Below, in pieces: positions 17,991-27,608 of a stretch of DNA of 64,000 nucleotides. The notes beneath the pieces were generated by a model. It searched no databases, was not told where the DNA came from, and was given only the letters and a program-made list of their open reading frames with translations. This DNA comes from Sedimentisphaeraceae bacterium JB056 (lineage in GTDB: Bacteria > Planctomycetota > Phycisphaerae > Sedimentisphaerales > Sedimentisphaeraceae). Position 1 is the first letter of the stretch; every line of letters starts with the position of its first letter. The DNA lies in assembly GCA_044440125.1 (NCBI GenBank), contig JBITAJ010000028.1:160001-224000 (forward strand), written 5' to 3'. Both the position numbers and the translations under genes were made by a program.

Positions 17991-19889
17991 ATGAAAAACC
18001 ACAAACTTAAAACGCCACAGCTTACTGACATTGAAGTCAAAGATGCATTTTGGAAACCAAGATGCGAAACTAACCGCACCGTAACTATGCCGATAGAATA
18101 TGAACTATGCAAAAAAACCGGCAGAATAGATGCTTTTAGCTGGAAACCCGGTGATGACCCATCCAAAGAACCGCATCATTACTGGGAATCAGATGTAGCA
18201 AAATGGGTTGAGGCAGGCGCGTATATACTTGCCAAAAGTGAAGACAAGCAGCTTGAAAAGGAAATAGACTCTTACATCGATCAGCTTGAAAAAGCACAGA
18301 TGGATGATGGATACCTCAATTCCTACTATATGAACGGCAAAACAGAACATAGATGGACCAATCTCTCTGTAATGCATGAGCTTTATTGCGCCGGTCACAT
18401 GATGGAAGCCGCTGTAGCTTATTATCAGGCTACAGGTAAAAAGAAACTACTGGATATAATGTGCAGTTATGCCGACCATATCGAAGCAAGGTTCGGACCT
18501 GATAAAACTGACGGCTACCCAGGACATCAGGAAATAGAGCTAGCTCTTGTAAAACTGTTCAGGACTACAGATGAAGAAAAATATCTTAAACTCGCCAAGT
18601 TCTTTATAGACCAAAGAGGTAAGCAGCCGATATATTTCGATCAGGAACGCAAAAAACTTGACATAAACCACCAATTTACAAATAGATACTTTCAGGCACA
18701 CTTGCCTGTAAGAGAACAAAAAACAGCGGAAGGTCATGCAGTCAGGGCATTGTACATGTATTGCGGCATGGCTGATGTTGCCATGGAAACAAATAATGAA
18801 AGCCTGTTGAAAGCCTGCAAAACATTATGGAACAATATCACTGAAAAACGTATGTATATAACCGGAGGCACAGGCTCGTGGCCTGAGAGCGAGCGTTTCA
18901 GTGCAGACTACGACTTGCAAAACAACAGAGCATACGCAGAAACATGCGCATCCATCGCGTTGATCTTTTTCGCACAGAGAATGGTAAACATTGAAAAAGA
19001 CAGCAGATATACAGACATAATGGAGCAAACTCTTTACAATGGAGTGCTCTCAGGCATTGGGCTAAGCGGAAAGCACTTTTTCTACGCAAACCCACTTGAA
19101 GCACAACCCGAGCTCGACTACCTAATGCCGGAACATAGAAAAACGCAGCGACAGGAATGGTTTGGATGTTCTTGCTGTCCGCCTAATATCGCCAGATTAC
19201 TCGCATCGCTTGAGCAATATATATACTCATTTGACGAGAACAGCATATATGCTCACCTCTACATTGGCAGCACAATCAAGCACACTTTTGGTCAGTCAGA
19301 AGTAACACTAATTCAGCAAAACAATTACCCATGGGAAGGCAATATAAAATTCACAGTCAATATGCAGCAAGATACCAGCTTCGGGCTAAACCTTCGCCTG
19401 CCTGCATGGTGCAAAAACATCAAACTTTCAGTAAACGGAAAACAGATAGACACCAAACCTATCACAACAAAGGGCTATGCTAAAATAGATAGAAAATGGC
19501 AGAATGGCGATACCGTTGAACTAATACTGGAAATCACAACCGAACTCATGGAATCCAATCCTCAGGTGAGGACTAACGCAGGCTGCGTTGCAATCAAAAG
19601 AGGTCCAATTGTTTACTGCATAGAAGAAGCAGACAACGGCAAAGGACTTCACAATATTAAACTGACATCTGAAACAGAATTCAAAGATGTACGCATTGAT
19701 GAATTGCTCAAAGGAGCAATAGGACTTGAAGCAAATGGATTAAGACGGGCAGATTCAAGCAATGAATTATACAGCGTTGCAAAAGAACACCATTATACGC
19801 CGGCAAAAATCAAAGCCATACCATACTTCTTATGGGCAAACAGAAATCACGGCGAGATGCGAGTTTGGATACGAAACACCCAAGCTTAG
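17991..19889 (+). CDS. GH127 glycoside hydrolase (beta-L-arabinofuranosidase/aceric acid hydrolase family), cytoplasmic
   Basis: SDVAKW.EA, HELYCAGH, GHQEIELAL, GHAVRA, ETCAS and CSCCPPN (Zn/Cys catalytic site); no signal peptide. The track starts at 17976. Confidence 0.92.
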   Translation: MKNHKLKTPQLTDIEVKDAFWKPRCETNRTVTMPIEYELCKKTGRIDAFSWKPGDDPSKEPHHYWESDVAKWVEAGAYILAKSEDKQLEKEIDSYIDQLEKAQMDDGYLNSYYMNGKTEHRWTNLSVMHELYCAGHMMEAAVAYYQATGKKKLLDIMCSYADHIEARFGPDKTDGYPGHQEIELALVKLFRTTDEEKYLKLAKFFIDQRGKQPIYFDQERKKLDINHQFTNRYFQAHLPVREQKTAEGHAVRALYMYCGMADVAMETNNESLLKACKTLWNNITEKRMYITGGTGSWPESERFSADYDLQNNRAYAETCASIALIFFAQRMVNIEKDSRYTDIMEQTLYNGVLSGIGLSGKHFFYANPLEAQPELDYLMPEHRKTQRQEWFGCSCCPPNIARLLASLEQYIYSFDENSIYAHLYIGSTIKHTFGQSEVTLIQQNNYPWEGNIKFTVNMQQDTSFGLNLRLPAWCKNIKLSVNGKQIDTKPITTKGYAKIDRKWQNGDTVELILEITTELMESNPQVRTNAGCVAIKRGPIVYCIEEADNGKGLHNIKLTSETEFKDVRIDELLKGAIGLEANGLRRADSSNELYSVAKEHHYTPAKIKAIPYFLWANRNHGEMRVWIRNTQA

Positions 19890-19924
19890 TCTGATTGAAT
19901 CGACAATGATTACTACTGACAGCC

Positions 19925-20779
19925 CTAAGCATGCTCTGGGGCTGTCAGTTTTTTCTTATAGCTTGTCGGCGAGCAGCCTCTTTTCCTGCTGTAGAGCCGG
20001 GAAAAATAAAGTGGGTCTTCGTAGCCGATCATAGATGCCACCTTTTTGATCTGTATATCGGGATTAGCTCTCATAATCTCTTCACTTCGACTCAACCTTT
20101 CATCAATCTGGTACTCAACTATACCCATACCGGTAGCACTCTTGAAAAGATGAGAAATGCTCGACTCACTTCTAAAAACCATCTTGGCCGCCTGCGAAGG
20201 AATAATAGTTGAAAGCGGGTTGCTCTTGATGTATTCGAGAACTATTTTAACAGGGTCTTCACTCTTTATAGAGATAAGATGGTGAGATACGATAAAATTC
20301 ACAAGTACTGAAAACAACTGCATTATTTCAGCGACCTTTGACTCATCGTAATAAGGGGCTCTGAAAAAGGCTGTCTTGAGTAACTCCTTTTTCTGACGTG
20401 ATATTTTGCTGATTTTCGATGGAACAGAAAAACTTTCACTCGTCCTGAACTGTCCTATCATTATAAAGCCAAGCAGTTCGTCTTCAACAGTAACCGGCAT
20501 AACGGCCTCATTCATCCCAGAGTAACATTTATAGACATTAAGCTTACCTGTACGCCGAGCTTTAATTTGATTTTGTCTGTCCCATTTCCTGCAAAGATTG
20601 CTGCAGGAAAAATCATACCTAAGCATATGGCAATAATCACATATATCCTGATTATCTCCGGCATTCAATTCTTCACCATCAGCATCAAAAAAAACGATAC
20701 GTATACCCAAGAGCCTTGTAAAGCTGTCAAAAACTTCCTGAGCCTGATCCTTAAACATTAGATTGAACGAATTCTTCAT
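19925..20779 (-). CDS. PocR-sensor AraC-family regulator
   Basis: PocR-type CDYC..C..D..YKCYSG..GFIMIGQF N-domain plus an AraC HTH (GYEDPLYFSRLY). Start placed at MKNSF because the track start (20788) lies inside a TATAAT box. Confidence 0.88.
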   Translation of the reverse strand: MKNSFNLMFKDQAQEVFDSFTRLLGIRIVFFDADGEELNAGDNQDICDYCHMLRYDFSCSNLCRKWDRQNQIKARRTGKLNVYKCYSGMNEAVMPVTVEDELLGFIMIGQFRTSESFSVPSKISKISRQKKELLKTAFFRAPYYDESKVAEIMQLFSVLVNFIVSHHLISIKSEDPVKIVLEYIKSNPLSTIIPSQAAKMVFRSESSISHLFKSATGMGIVEYQIDERLSRSEEIMRANPDIQIKKVASMIGYEDPLYFSRLYSRKRGCSPTSYKKKLTAPEHA

Positions 20780-20786
20780 AATGTAC

Positions 20787-20864
20787 ATTATAGCTTAACT
20801 TGCAGTATCGTCAATACTATTTGCAGTACAAGACATTTTATCGGCCTTCTGCACACCTTACAAT
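20787..20864. promoter_or_regulatory. Divergent promoter region with a TTGCAGTA direct repeat
   Basis: Minus strand: TTGACG(20814-09)-N16-TATAAT(20792-87). Plus strand: TTGCAGTA at 20800 and 20821 (21-bp period) and TACAAT at 20859 with no good -35. Confidence 0.6.
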
Positions 20865-20905
20865 AATCATAGAATCAAAAATACAAATTGAAAGGTTTAA
20901 CAGAT

Positions 20906-22339
20906 ATGCGAAAAGCTAAAAAATCCACATTCGCCTTACTGCTTGGCAACAGGGGCTTTTTCCCAGCCGAGCTTATAACACAGGCCCGCAAAGAATTGAT
21001 AAACAAACTTGAATCACTGGGTCATAAAGTAATAATGCCCGATGAGAATACAACGCGGCACGGAGCCGTATCCGATAATAACGATGCACGCGTCTATGCC
21101 GAATTTCTGGAGGAAAACAAGGATAAATATGACGGCATAATAATCTCTCTGCCGAATTTTGGTGATGAATCGTCAGCGATAAACGCCGTAAAATCGATAG
21201 AGAAACCAATTCTTATACACGCCTATCCCGATGATCTGGATAAAATGTCGCCCGAATATCGAAGGGATTCCTTTTGCGGAAAATTTTCGGTTATGGATGT
21301 GTTTTATCAGTACGGTAGAAAATTCACCGCCCTGAAACCTCACGTAGCAAACCCCAATAGCAGTGAATTCACAAAAAACATCCGCCACTTTGATATAGTG
21401 TGCAGGATAGTGGGAGGATTTGAGAATATGGTGGTCGGAGCCATAGGCGCACGTACTTCAGCCTTTAAGACGGTACGTGTGGATGAGCTGGCACTCCAGC
21501 AAAACGGCATAACAATGGAGGTAATGGATCTGAGCGAAATTTTTAAACGCATGGATGATATTAATCCTTCCGCCGACATCTATAAAGCAAAGTCGCAATC
21601 GCTCAAGGCCTATACCAACTGGGGCCAGACACCCGATGCTTCCTATGACAAGCTGGTACGGCTCGGCGTTATCCTCGATTCTATCTTTGATGAGATAAAC
21701 CTTGATGCCATGGCCCTCCGCTGCTGGATAGAACTGCAAAGACAGCTCAATGTCTCGGCATGCGTGTTGCTCAGCGAGATGAACGACAGAAAGCTGCCGG
21801 TAGCCTGTGAGGTCGATGTGGCCAATGCGATTTCTATGTATGCACTATACCTTGCAACCGACTCGCCAACCGCCTGTCTCGACTGGAACAACAACTACGG
21901 CAGCGAACAGGACAAGTGCATCCTGTTCCACTGCGGCTCTACCGCCCAAAGCCTTATGACATCAAAAGGCGAAGTAGTCGATCACTCTATGCTGCAGCAT
22001 GATCCGCAGGTGGGTCCCAACTGCTCTTTCGGCTGTAACGAAGGACGCATAAAGGCGTTCCCGTTCGCATTCTCAAGCATGACTACCCGAAACGGAAAGC
22101 TCGATTTCTACCTTGGTGAAGGAGAGTTCACAAACGACCCGATACCTGCCGACTTCTTCGGCTGCGGAGGCGTGGCAAAAATTGATTCACTCGAAGACGT
22201 GCTGCTTTATGTCGGAAAAAACGGCCATCGTCATCATGTATCGGTCGCTCCGGGAAGCTCGATAGTCCCCGCTGTTTACGAGGCATTGAGCTATTATCTC
22301 GGGTTCGACGTATCGCTTCCTCAGAACATTAAGCTTTAA
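20906..22339 (+). CDS. L-fucose/D-arabinose isomerase-like protein (FucI/AraA superfamily)
   Basis: LPNFGDE, RRDSFCGKFS, ALRCW.E, ACEVD, LDWNNN, LFHCG, GHRHH. GAAAGG RBS before ATG 20906. Confidence 0.82.
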   Translation: MRKAKKSTFALLLGNRGFFPAELITQARKELINKLESLGHKVIMPDENTTRHGAVSDNNDARVYAEFLEENKDKYDGIIISLPNFGDESSAINAVKSIEKPILIHAYPDDLDKMSPEYRRDSFCGKFSVMDVFYQYGRKFTALKPHVANPNSSEFTKNIRHFDIVCRIVGGFENMVVGAIGARTSAFKTVRVDELALQQNGITMEVMDLSEIFKRMDDINPSADIYKAKSQSLKAYTNWGQTPDASYDKLVRLGVILDSIFDEINLDAMALRCWIELQRQLNVSACVLLSEMNDRKLPVACEVDVANAISMYALYLATDSPTACLDWNNNYGSEQDKCILFHCGSTAQSLMTSKGEVVDHSMLQHDPQVGPNCSFGCNEGRIKAFPFAFSSMTTRNGKLDFYLGEGEFTNDPIPADFFGCGGVAKIDSLEDVLLYVGKNGHRHHVSVAPGSSIVPAVYEALSYYLGFDVSLPQNIKL

Positions 22340-22356
22340 ACGGAAAAGGAAAGATT

Positions 22357-23358
22357 ATGCCGTTGATATTGGATAGAAATGCAGTTAAGGATGTTTATGC
22401 AAAGGCCGCCGAAAAAAAGTGGGTCGTGCCGACATTCTGCAGTGAAAACCTCACGACTACCGAAGCGATTCTTGCAGCTTCACAGGAGTATGCCGACGAG
22501 ATCGGGCACAAGGACATACCGGTAAGCATCGCGATAACCAACCAGTACAGCCATCGCAGCCAGAGCGTCTATTACACGCATACCCGCAAATGGGATATTG
22601 GTTTGAGGCTGTTTATGGCCGATATTGACGTACTGACTTCTGATGCTTCGCCTTTTTCAAAGCTGAGCGTAATGACCCATCTTGACCATACGCAATGGGA
22701 CAGTGATGCAGAACTTCTGCAATGGGATATGAAACAGTTCTCGATGATAATGTTCGATGCATCGGCATTGCCGTTCGAAGACAATATTGCACGAACATCC
22801 CGTTTCGTGGAAGAGCACAGCAAAGAGATAGTAATCGAAGGCGCGTGCGATGAAATCGTTGATGCCACCGGCACTCAGAGAAGTGAACTGACCACACCGC
22901 AGCAGGCACAGAAATATCTTGACGCCACCGGGGCGGATTATATCGTAGCCAATCTTGGAACCGAACACCGTGCCAGTGCATCAGAGCTGAAATATCACGG
23001 CGATCTGGCAAGAGAGATCAAAGCATCAACCGGAACAAAACTCGTTCTTCATGGCACATCTTCAGTTACCTCCGATCAGGTAAAAGACCTCTTCAATGAC
23101 GGAATAGCAAAGGTCAACATCTGGACAATACTCGAAAGAGATTCTTCTCCCATACTTTTTTCCGACATGGTCAATAATGCTTCAAAAGTCGCAGGCGGAC
23201 AAACCGTAAGCAAGCTGCAAACGCAGGGAATGCTCGGCGAAAAGTGTGAGATAAGCAAAGCATCCCTCTCACACTACACGACAACTTACAGGCAGCAGAT
23301 AGTTTTCGATAAAATGAAACAGATAGTGAAGTCGTATCTGAAACTTTGGTATGTATAG
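22357..23358 (+). CDS. Class II (Zn, FBA/TBA-type) ketose-phosphate aldolase-family protein
   Basis: HLDH, MFDAS.LPFEDNI, ANLGTEH, LVLHGTS, KVNIWT. Confidence 0.82.
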   Translation: MPLILDRNAVKDVYAKAAEKKWVVPTFCSENLTTTEAILAASQEYADEIGHKDIPVSIAITNQYSHRSQSVYYTHTRKWDIGLRLFMADIDVLTSDASPFSKLSVMTHLDHTQWDSDAELLQWDMKQFSMIMFDASALPFEDNIARTSRFVEEHSKEIVIEGACDEIVDATGTQRSELTTPQQAQKYLDATGADYIVANLGTEHRASASELKYHGDLAREIKASTGTKLVLHGTSSVTSDQVKDLFNDGIAKVNIWTILERDSSPILFSDMVNNASKVAGGQTVSKLQTQGMLGEKCEISKASLSHYTTTYRQQIVFDKMKQIVKSYLKLWYV

Positions 23359-23366
23359 GTGAAATA

Positions 23367-24905
23367 ATGATCGGTTATATGGGCATTGATATAGGAACCA
23401 GCGGATGCAAGGCCGCGGTATTCGATGAAAACGGTAAACAGCTAAGCCTTGCTTACCGTGAATACGATCTGATAGTCCGCAATAAAGGCTGGGCCGAGCT
23501 TGATTCCGATAATGTGATAGAGAAATGCTTTGAAGTGATAAAAGAGGCCGCCGGCAATTGCGGGGCTGAAAAAATCGCAGGGCTTGGAATTTCAAGCCAG
23601 GGCGAGGCATTCACCCCGATAGATAAAGACGGCCGAGCACTTTACAACGCAATCGTTTCATCGGATTCCAGGGCCGCAGAATACGTACATTCATGGCCAA
23701 AGCAATTCGGAAAAGAAAAACTCTACAGGATAACGGGGCATACCTCGCATTCTCTCTTTTCATTGTTCAAATTACTATGGCTGAGAGATAACGAACCGGA
23801 GATATTCAACAGCGCGGACAAATTTTTATGCTTCGAAGACTTGCTTCAATATCGCCTCGGCCTCGAACCGGCGATGGGCTATCCGATGGCAGGCCGCACC
23901 ATGCTTTTCGACGTAACCGGTCACTGCTGGAGCACCGAAATACTCGAAAGCATCGGACTCGATAAATCAAAATTCGCAAACCCGATGCCTTCGGGAAGTC
24001 TTGCGGGCAATGTATCGGGGAAAGTTGCAAAGAAAATCGGTTTATCTGAAGGCACTTTCGTTTTGACAGGCGGCCACGACCAGCCCTGCTGCGCTCTTGG
24101 AGCCGGCGCGATCACTCCGGGCAAAGCGGTCTATTCGATCGGTACGGTTGAATGCATAACGCCAGCTTTCGATAGCCCCGTATTTTCAGATGAACTCCGC
24201 AAAAACAATCTGTGTACTTACGACCATGCCGTGAAAGGTACTTACGCAACCGTTGCCTACAGCATCACCGGGGCAAACATGTTCAAATGGTGTCGTGATG
24301 AATTAGGGCAGCCGGAGATCGAAGAAGCCCGTAATAAAAATATAAACGCTTACGAACTTATACTCGAGCATCTCGATGAAGAGCCGACAGACCTGCTTGC
24401 TCTGCCGTACTTCACACCAAGCGGCACACCTTATTTCGAAACCGATATCAAGGGCATGATATACGGCCTGACCCTCTCAACAAAACGCACTGAGATTATA
24501 AAGGCAATGCTTGAAGCCGTTACTATGGAAATAAAGCTTAATCTCGATATCCTGAAAAATTCAGGCTGTGAGGTTAATGAATTAAGGGCCATAGGCGGCG
24601 GAGCAAAATCCTCCAAATGGGTGCAGCTCAAGGCCGACATTCTCGGCCTGCCGATATCGATACTCGATGTCAAAGAAGCCGGCTGTTTTGGAATGGCAAT
24701 GCTCGCTTGCAGTTATGATAGAAAAATCCCAGTTGCCGACATCGCCAACCGCTGGGTAACGGTAGTCAGCAAAAAGCATCCACGCCCGCAATTCAGCGAA
24801 ATATACGAGCAGAAGTTCCGCCAGTATAAAAAACTTTATCCTATGCTGAAAGAATCGCAATTTCTCTATAGAGACTTGGAAACGTCTTCTTCAAGTCCAA
24901 GATAG
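23367..24905 (+). CDS. FGGY-family carbohydrate kinase (xylulokinase-like)
   Basis: GIDIGTSGCK, GISSQGE, GGHDQ, GGGAKS..QLKADILG; AGGTGA RBS before ATG 23367. Confidence 0.9.
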   Translation: MIGYMGIDIGTSGCKAAVFDENGKQLSLAYREYDLIVRNKGWAELDSDNVIEKCFEVIKEAAGNCGAEKIAGLGISSQGEAFTPIDKDGRALYNAIVSSDSRAAEYVHSWPKQFGKEKLYRITGHTSHSLFSLFKLLWLRDNEPEIFNSADKFLCFEDLLQYRLGLEPAMGYPMAGRTMLFDVTGHCWSTEILESIGLDKSKFANPMPSGSLAGNVSGKVAKKIGLSEGTFVLTGGHDQPCCALGAGAITPGKAVYSIGTVECITPAFDSPVFSDELRKNNLCTYDHAVKGTYATVAYSITGANMFKWCRDELGQPEIEEARNKNINAYELILEHLDEEPTDLLALPYFTPSGTPYFETDIKGMIYGLTLSTKRTEIIKAMLEAVTMEIKLNLDILKNSGCEVNELRAIGGGAKSSKWVQLKADILGLPISILDVKEAGCFGMAMLACSYDRKIPVADIANRWVTVVSKKHPRPQFSEIYEQKFRQYKKLYPMLKESQFLYRDLETSSSSPR

Positions 24906-25789
24906 AGTTCAATAAGTTCATGGCTTATTCTCTCACTATACTCATCCCACCATGGCGGAGACATACGCATATTGGAGTTGGCAAAAATGCCTTTCTTAAC
25001 CAGCAGACGCTTAAAGAAAGCAACAGAGTTGGCAAGCTCCTGATTAGTGAATGCAAGAATAGGAAGCATCTTTCTAAACAGCACTGTCGCATCTTCACGC
25101 CGTTCCGCATCATAGAGTTTCTGCACATGTTTATATATCCGCACCATTGAGCTTTCGGGAATCATAGCATCAACACCCCTGTCAAGTGCCTCAATAAACT
25201 GCGGCACAGCCCAACCTCCCGCAATAAAGAAATTATCTCCAAACTCTTCCCGAACCGCAGTGTATTTTGGTCCGGCAGGCGCAGTCTCTATTTTAAGACC
25301 GGCAAGATTAGGAAGCATCTCTTTCAAACGCAGAATAGTCGGCATATCCATACCCGGGCCATTGATTTCAAAATCCTGAATAATAAGCGGAATTTCTAAA
25401 TCGGCAAAATTTTCAAAGAATACCGGTATTTCATCCGGATCTTTATACATTTCAAAAGGTACTGCCACAAGCACCGCATCAGCACCAGAGGAGATTGACC
25501 ACTCTGCTATTTTACGGCAATTATCAATATCACTATCCGATGCTCCGGCTATAAAAGCTGCCCTGCCCTTGCTTTTAGACGCAACATGACTAATAACGTC
25601 TTTTCGTTCATCTACTGTCAGAAAAGCAACTTCGCTTGCAACAACAGGAGCAAGGAAGCCATCAACTCCCCCATCTACAGCATCTTCAATTAGTCTGTCA
25701 AGTGAGTTGATATCAATATTCCCTGAATCATCGAAAGGCATCTGTAAAACAGAAACTATGCCGCGAATATACAATGTTCTCATACTCAT
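24866..25789 (-). CDS. DHDPS/N-acetylneuraminate-lyase superfamily enzyme with non-canonical active site (VVASE, IIQD, KIE)
   Basis: MPFDDSGNID..GVDG..SE...LTVDER, GADAVLV and GLKIE Schiff-base Lys; lacks GxTGE and the Tyr of DapA/NanA. Start at MSMRT (25789). Confidence 0.85.
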   Translation of the reverse strand: MSMRTLYIRGIVSVLQMPFDDSGNIDINSLDRLIEDAVDGGVDGFLAPVVASEVAFLTVDERKDVISHVASKSKGRAAFIAGASDSDIDNCRKIAEWSISSGADAVLVAVPFEMYKDPDEIPVFFENFADLEIPLIIQDFEINGPGMDMPTILRLKEMLPNLAGLKIETAPAGPKYTAVREEFGDNFFIAGGWAVPQFIEALDRGVDAMIPESSMVRIYKHVQKLYDAERREDATVLFRKMLPILAFTNQELANSVAFFKRLLVKKGIFANSNMRMSPPWWDEYSERISHELIELYLGLEEDVSKSL

Positions 25790-25796
25790 ATTAGTC

Positions 25797-27362
25797 TTAC
25801 TTCTCTGGTTTAGACATTGTCCAAATCGTGAGGTTGTCAAGTGCCGGTGCTGTTTTCTTACGTCCGAGTATCCCCGCAGCTATCATACTTACGACAAACA
25901 TTACGACATTGCCTATAATAGCTGTATAGTAAAGATCGAAACCTGGCATAGGAACTAATTCTCTTTGTCCCAATACAGCATAAATAGTGAAAGCAAGCGT
26001 AAAGCCGATACCTATGCCGACAGCTCTTGAATCACCCCATTTGGTGAAGAAGCCGAAGAAAAACAAGCCAAGCAGACCACTGCTGAGAATACCGCCCAAA
26101 ATCAGGCTGGTATCCTGAATTGTCTTGGTATTCGAATAGGCCAGCAAAGTTCCCAGTACAATCATAACCACCGCGGCAATGGCGCATACCAAACGTGAAA
26201 CATAGAGATAATGACGTTCATCTTTATCTTTGCAAATTCGACTTCGATACATATCAGTGACAAAGACTGCCGAAATTGCATTCATAGAAGAGTCGAGCGA
26301 TGACATCGCAGCCGCTACCGTTGCCGCTATCACAAGGCCGCAAAGCCCGGGCGGCATATAATTCATAACAAAGTAAGGGAGAATACCTTCTGGTTTCTGA
26401 ACGCCGCTGAGCATTTCCGTTGCAGGAGTTGTCGGGTTGAGTTTAAAGAATACATAAAATGCAGTCCCAAGGAACATAAAGAATGCCCAGATAGGAAGAC
26501 GGGCACAAATACTCCACCAGATAGCCTTACGGGCTTCACTGTCGCTTGCCGCTCCGCAATAACGCTGCACAACATTCTGATCAGTAGCAAACTCCTGCAT
26601 CCAGGAAACAAGTCCAAGCAAGAGCATCATAAGCCCGGTTTTTTTAGATAAGGCCCAGCCCCACGAAACAGGAATCATTTTATCACCCTGTTTTTCTGCA
26701 AAAGCAAGTTTACCGTCTTTTACCGCTGTATCGATTATTTCGCCAATACCGCCGGGAATATTTCTCAAAACAATCCAAAATACAATAATTCCACCTAATA
26801 CGAGCACTATCGTCTGGATAACATCTGTCCATACAACTGCGTCTATACCGCCGGCAATAGTGTATACCGATACCACTATTCCGGAAACGATAAGGCATAA
26901 CCACAAGGGCCAGCCGACCATGGTATTGAGCAGTTTTCCGACAAGGAAAAGTACTATTCCGAGCCTTAAGAACTGGCCGATTATATAGGCTATACTGCCG
27001 TAAATACGTATGCCCTCGCCAAAACGCTGACCAAGATACTGATAAGCACTGGTCTTGCGACCGGTTCTGTAGAATGGGATAAACACATAAACCGCCAAGA
27101 TACCGGCAATAGGCATTAAAAAATTCGGGATCATTCTGAGCCATGCAGTACAATAAGCGTCTGCCGGATATGCAAGGAATGAGACGGAACTAATCGATGT
27201 TCCCACAAGACTAAGCCCTACAACCCAGCCCTTGAAACGCCTGCCGCCTACAAAATACTCTTCTGTATCTGTATTCTTCTTAGAAAACGAAAAACCAAGC
27301 CAAGCCATAGCAACAAAATAAACAACGATAACAACCCAGTCAAGCAAATGTAATGTAGTCAT
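25797..27362 (-). CDS. Sodium:solute symporter (SSS family)
   Basis: EEYFVGGR, SAYQYLGQRF, GGIDAVVWTDVIQ, DQNVVQRY, AAAMSSLDSSMN. Confidence 0.93.
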   Translation of the reverse strand: MTTLHLLDWVVIVVYFVAMAWLGFSFSKKNTDTEEYFVGGRRFKGWVVGLSLVGTSISSVSFLAYPADAYCTAWLRMIPNFLMPIAGILAVYVFIPFYRTGRKTSAYQYLGQRFGEGIRIYGSIAYIIGQFLRLGIVLFLVGKLLNTMVGWPLWLCLIVSGIVVSVYTIAGGIDAVVWTDVIQTIVLVLGGIIVFWIVLRNIPGGIGEIIDTAVKDGKLAFAEKQGDKMIPVSWGWALSKKTGLMMLLLGLVSWMQEFATDQNVVQRYCGAASDSEARKAIWWSICARLPIWAFFMFLGTAFYVFFKLNPTTPATEMLSGVQKPEGILPYFVMNYMPPGLCGLVIAATVAAAMSSLDSSMNAISAVFVTDMYRSRICKDKDERHYLYVSRLVCAIAAVVMIVLGTLLAYSNTKTIQDTSLILGGILSSGLLGLFFFGFFTKWGDSRAVGIGIGFTLAFTIYAVLGQRELVPMPGFDLYYTAIIGNVVMFVVSMIAAGILGRKKTAPALDNLTIWTMSKPEK

Positions 27363-27406
27363 AATTCACACTTTATATTAGAGTATTAAACTTAAAATAA
27401 AATTAA

Positions 27407-27506
27407 TGACACCAACAAAAATCAAAAAGCTTCAGCATCACCCTTAATATCTGCTCAAAATCAACGATTTTCAGCAACGAGATCAAGTTTTGTCAGTATC
27501 GCCAAA
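27407..27506 (-). ncRNA. Candidate structured RNA element, copy A (upstream of the SSS gene)
   Basis: Homologous to 39786-39888. Closing stem CUGACAAAA/UUUUGUUGG and inner stem AAAAUC/GAUUUU; -10-like TATCAT 8 nt before GGCG. Confidence 0.55.
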
Positions 27507-27608
27507 AATGTATGATACTCGAAAACAACCAAAACAAAACGCCAGAAAGGGAAGTAAAACCGCCATTTTCGGTTTTAATCATTACTCGGCCATTGGCCTT
27601 CGATACAA

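Noticed and set aside
24866..25840. Calling the DHDPS-family gene nanA or dapA
   Set aside because: The GxTGE motif and catalytic Tyr are absent, and the track's longer start overlaps the SSS gene.
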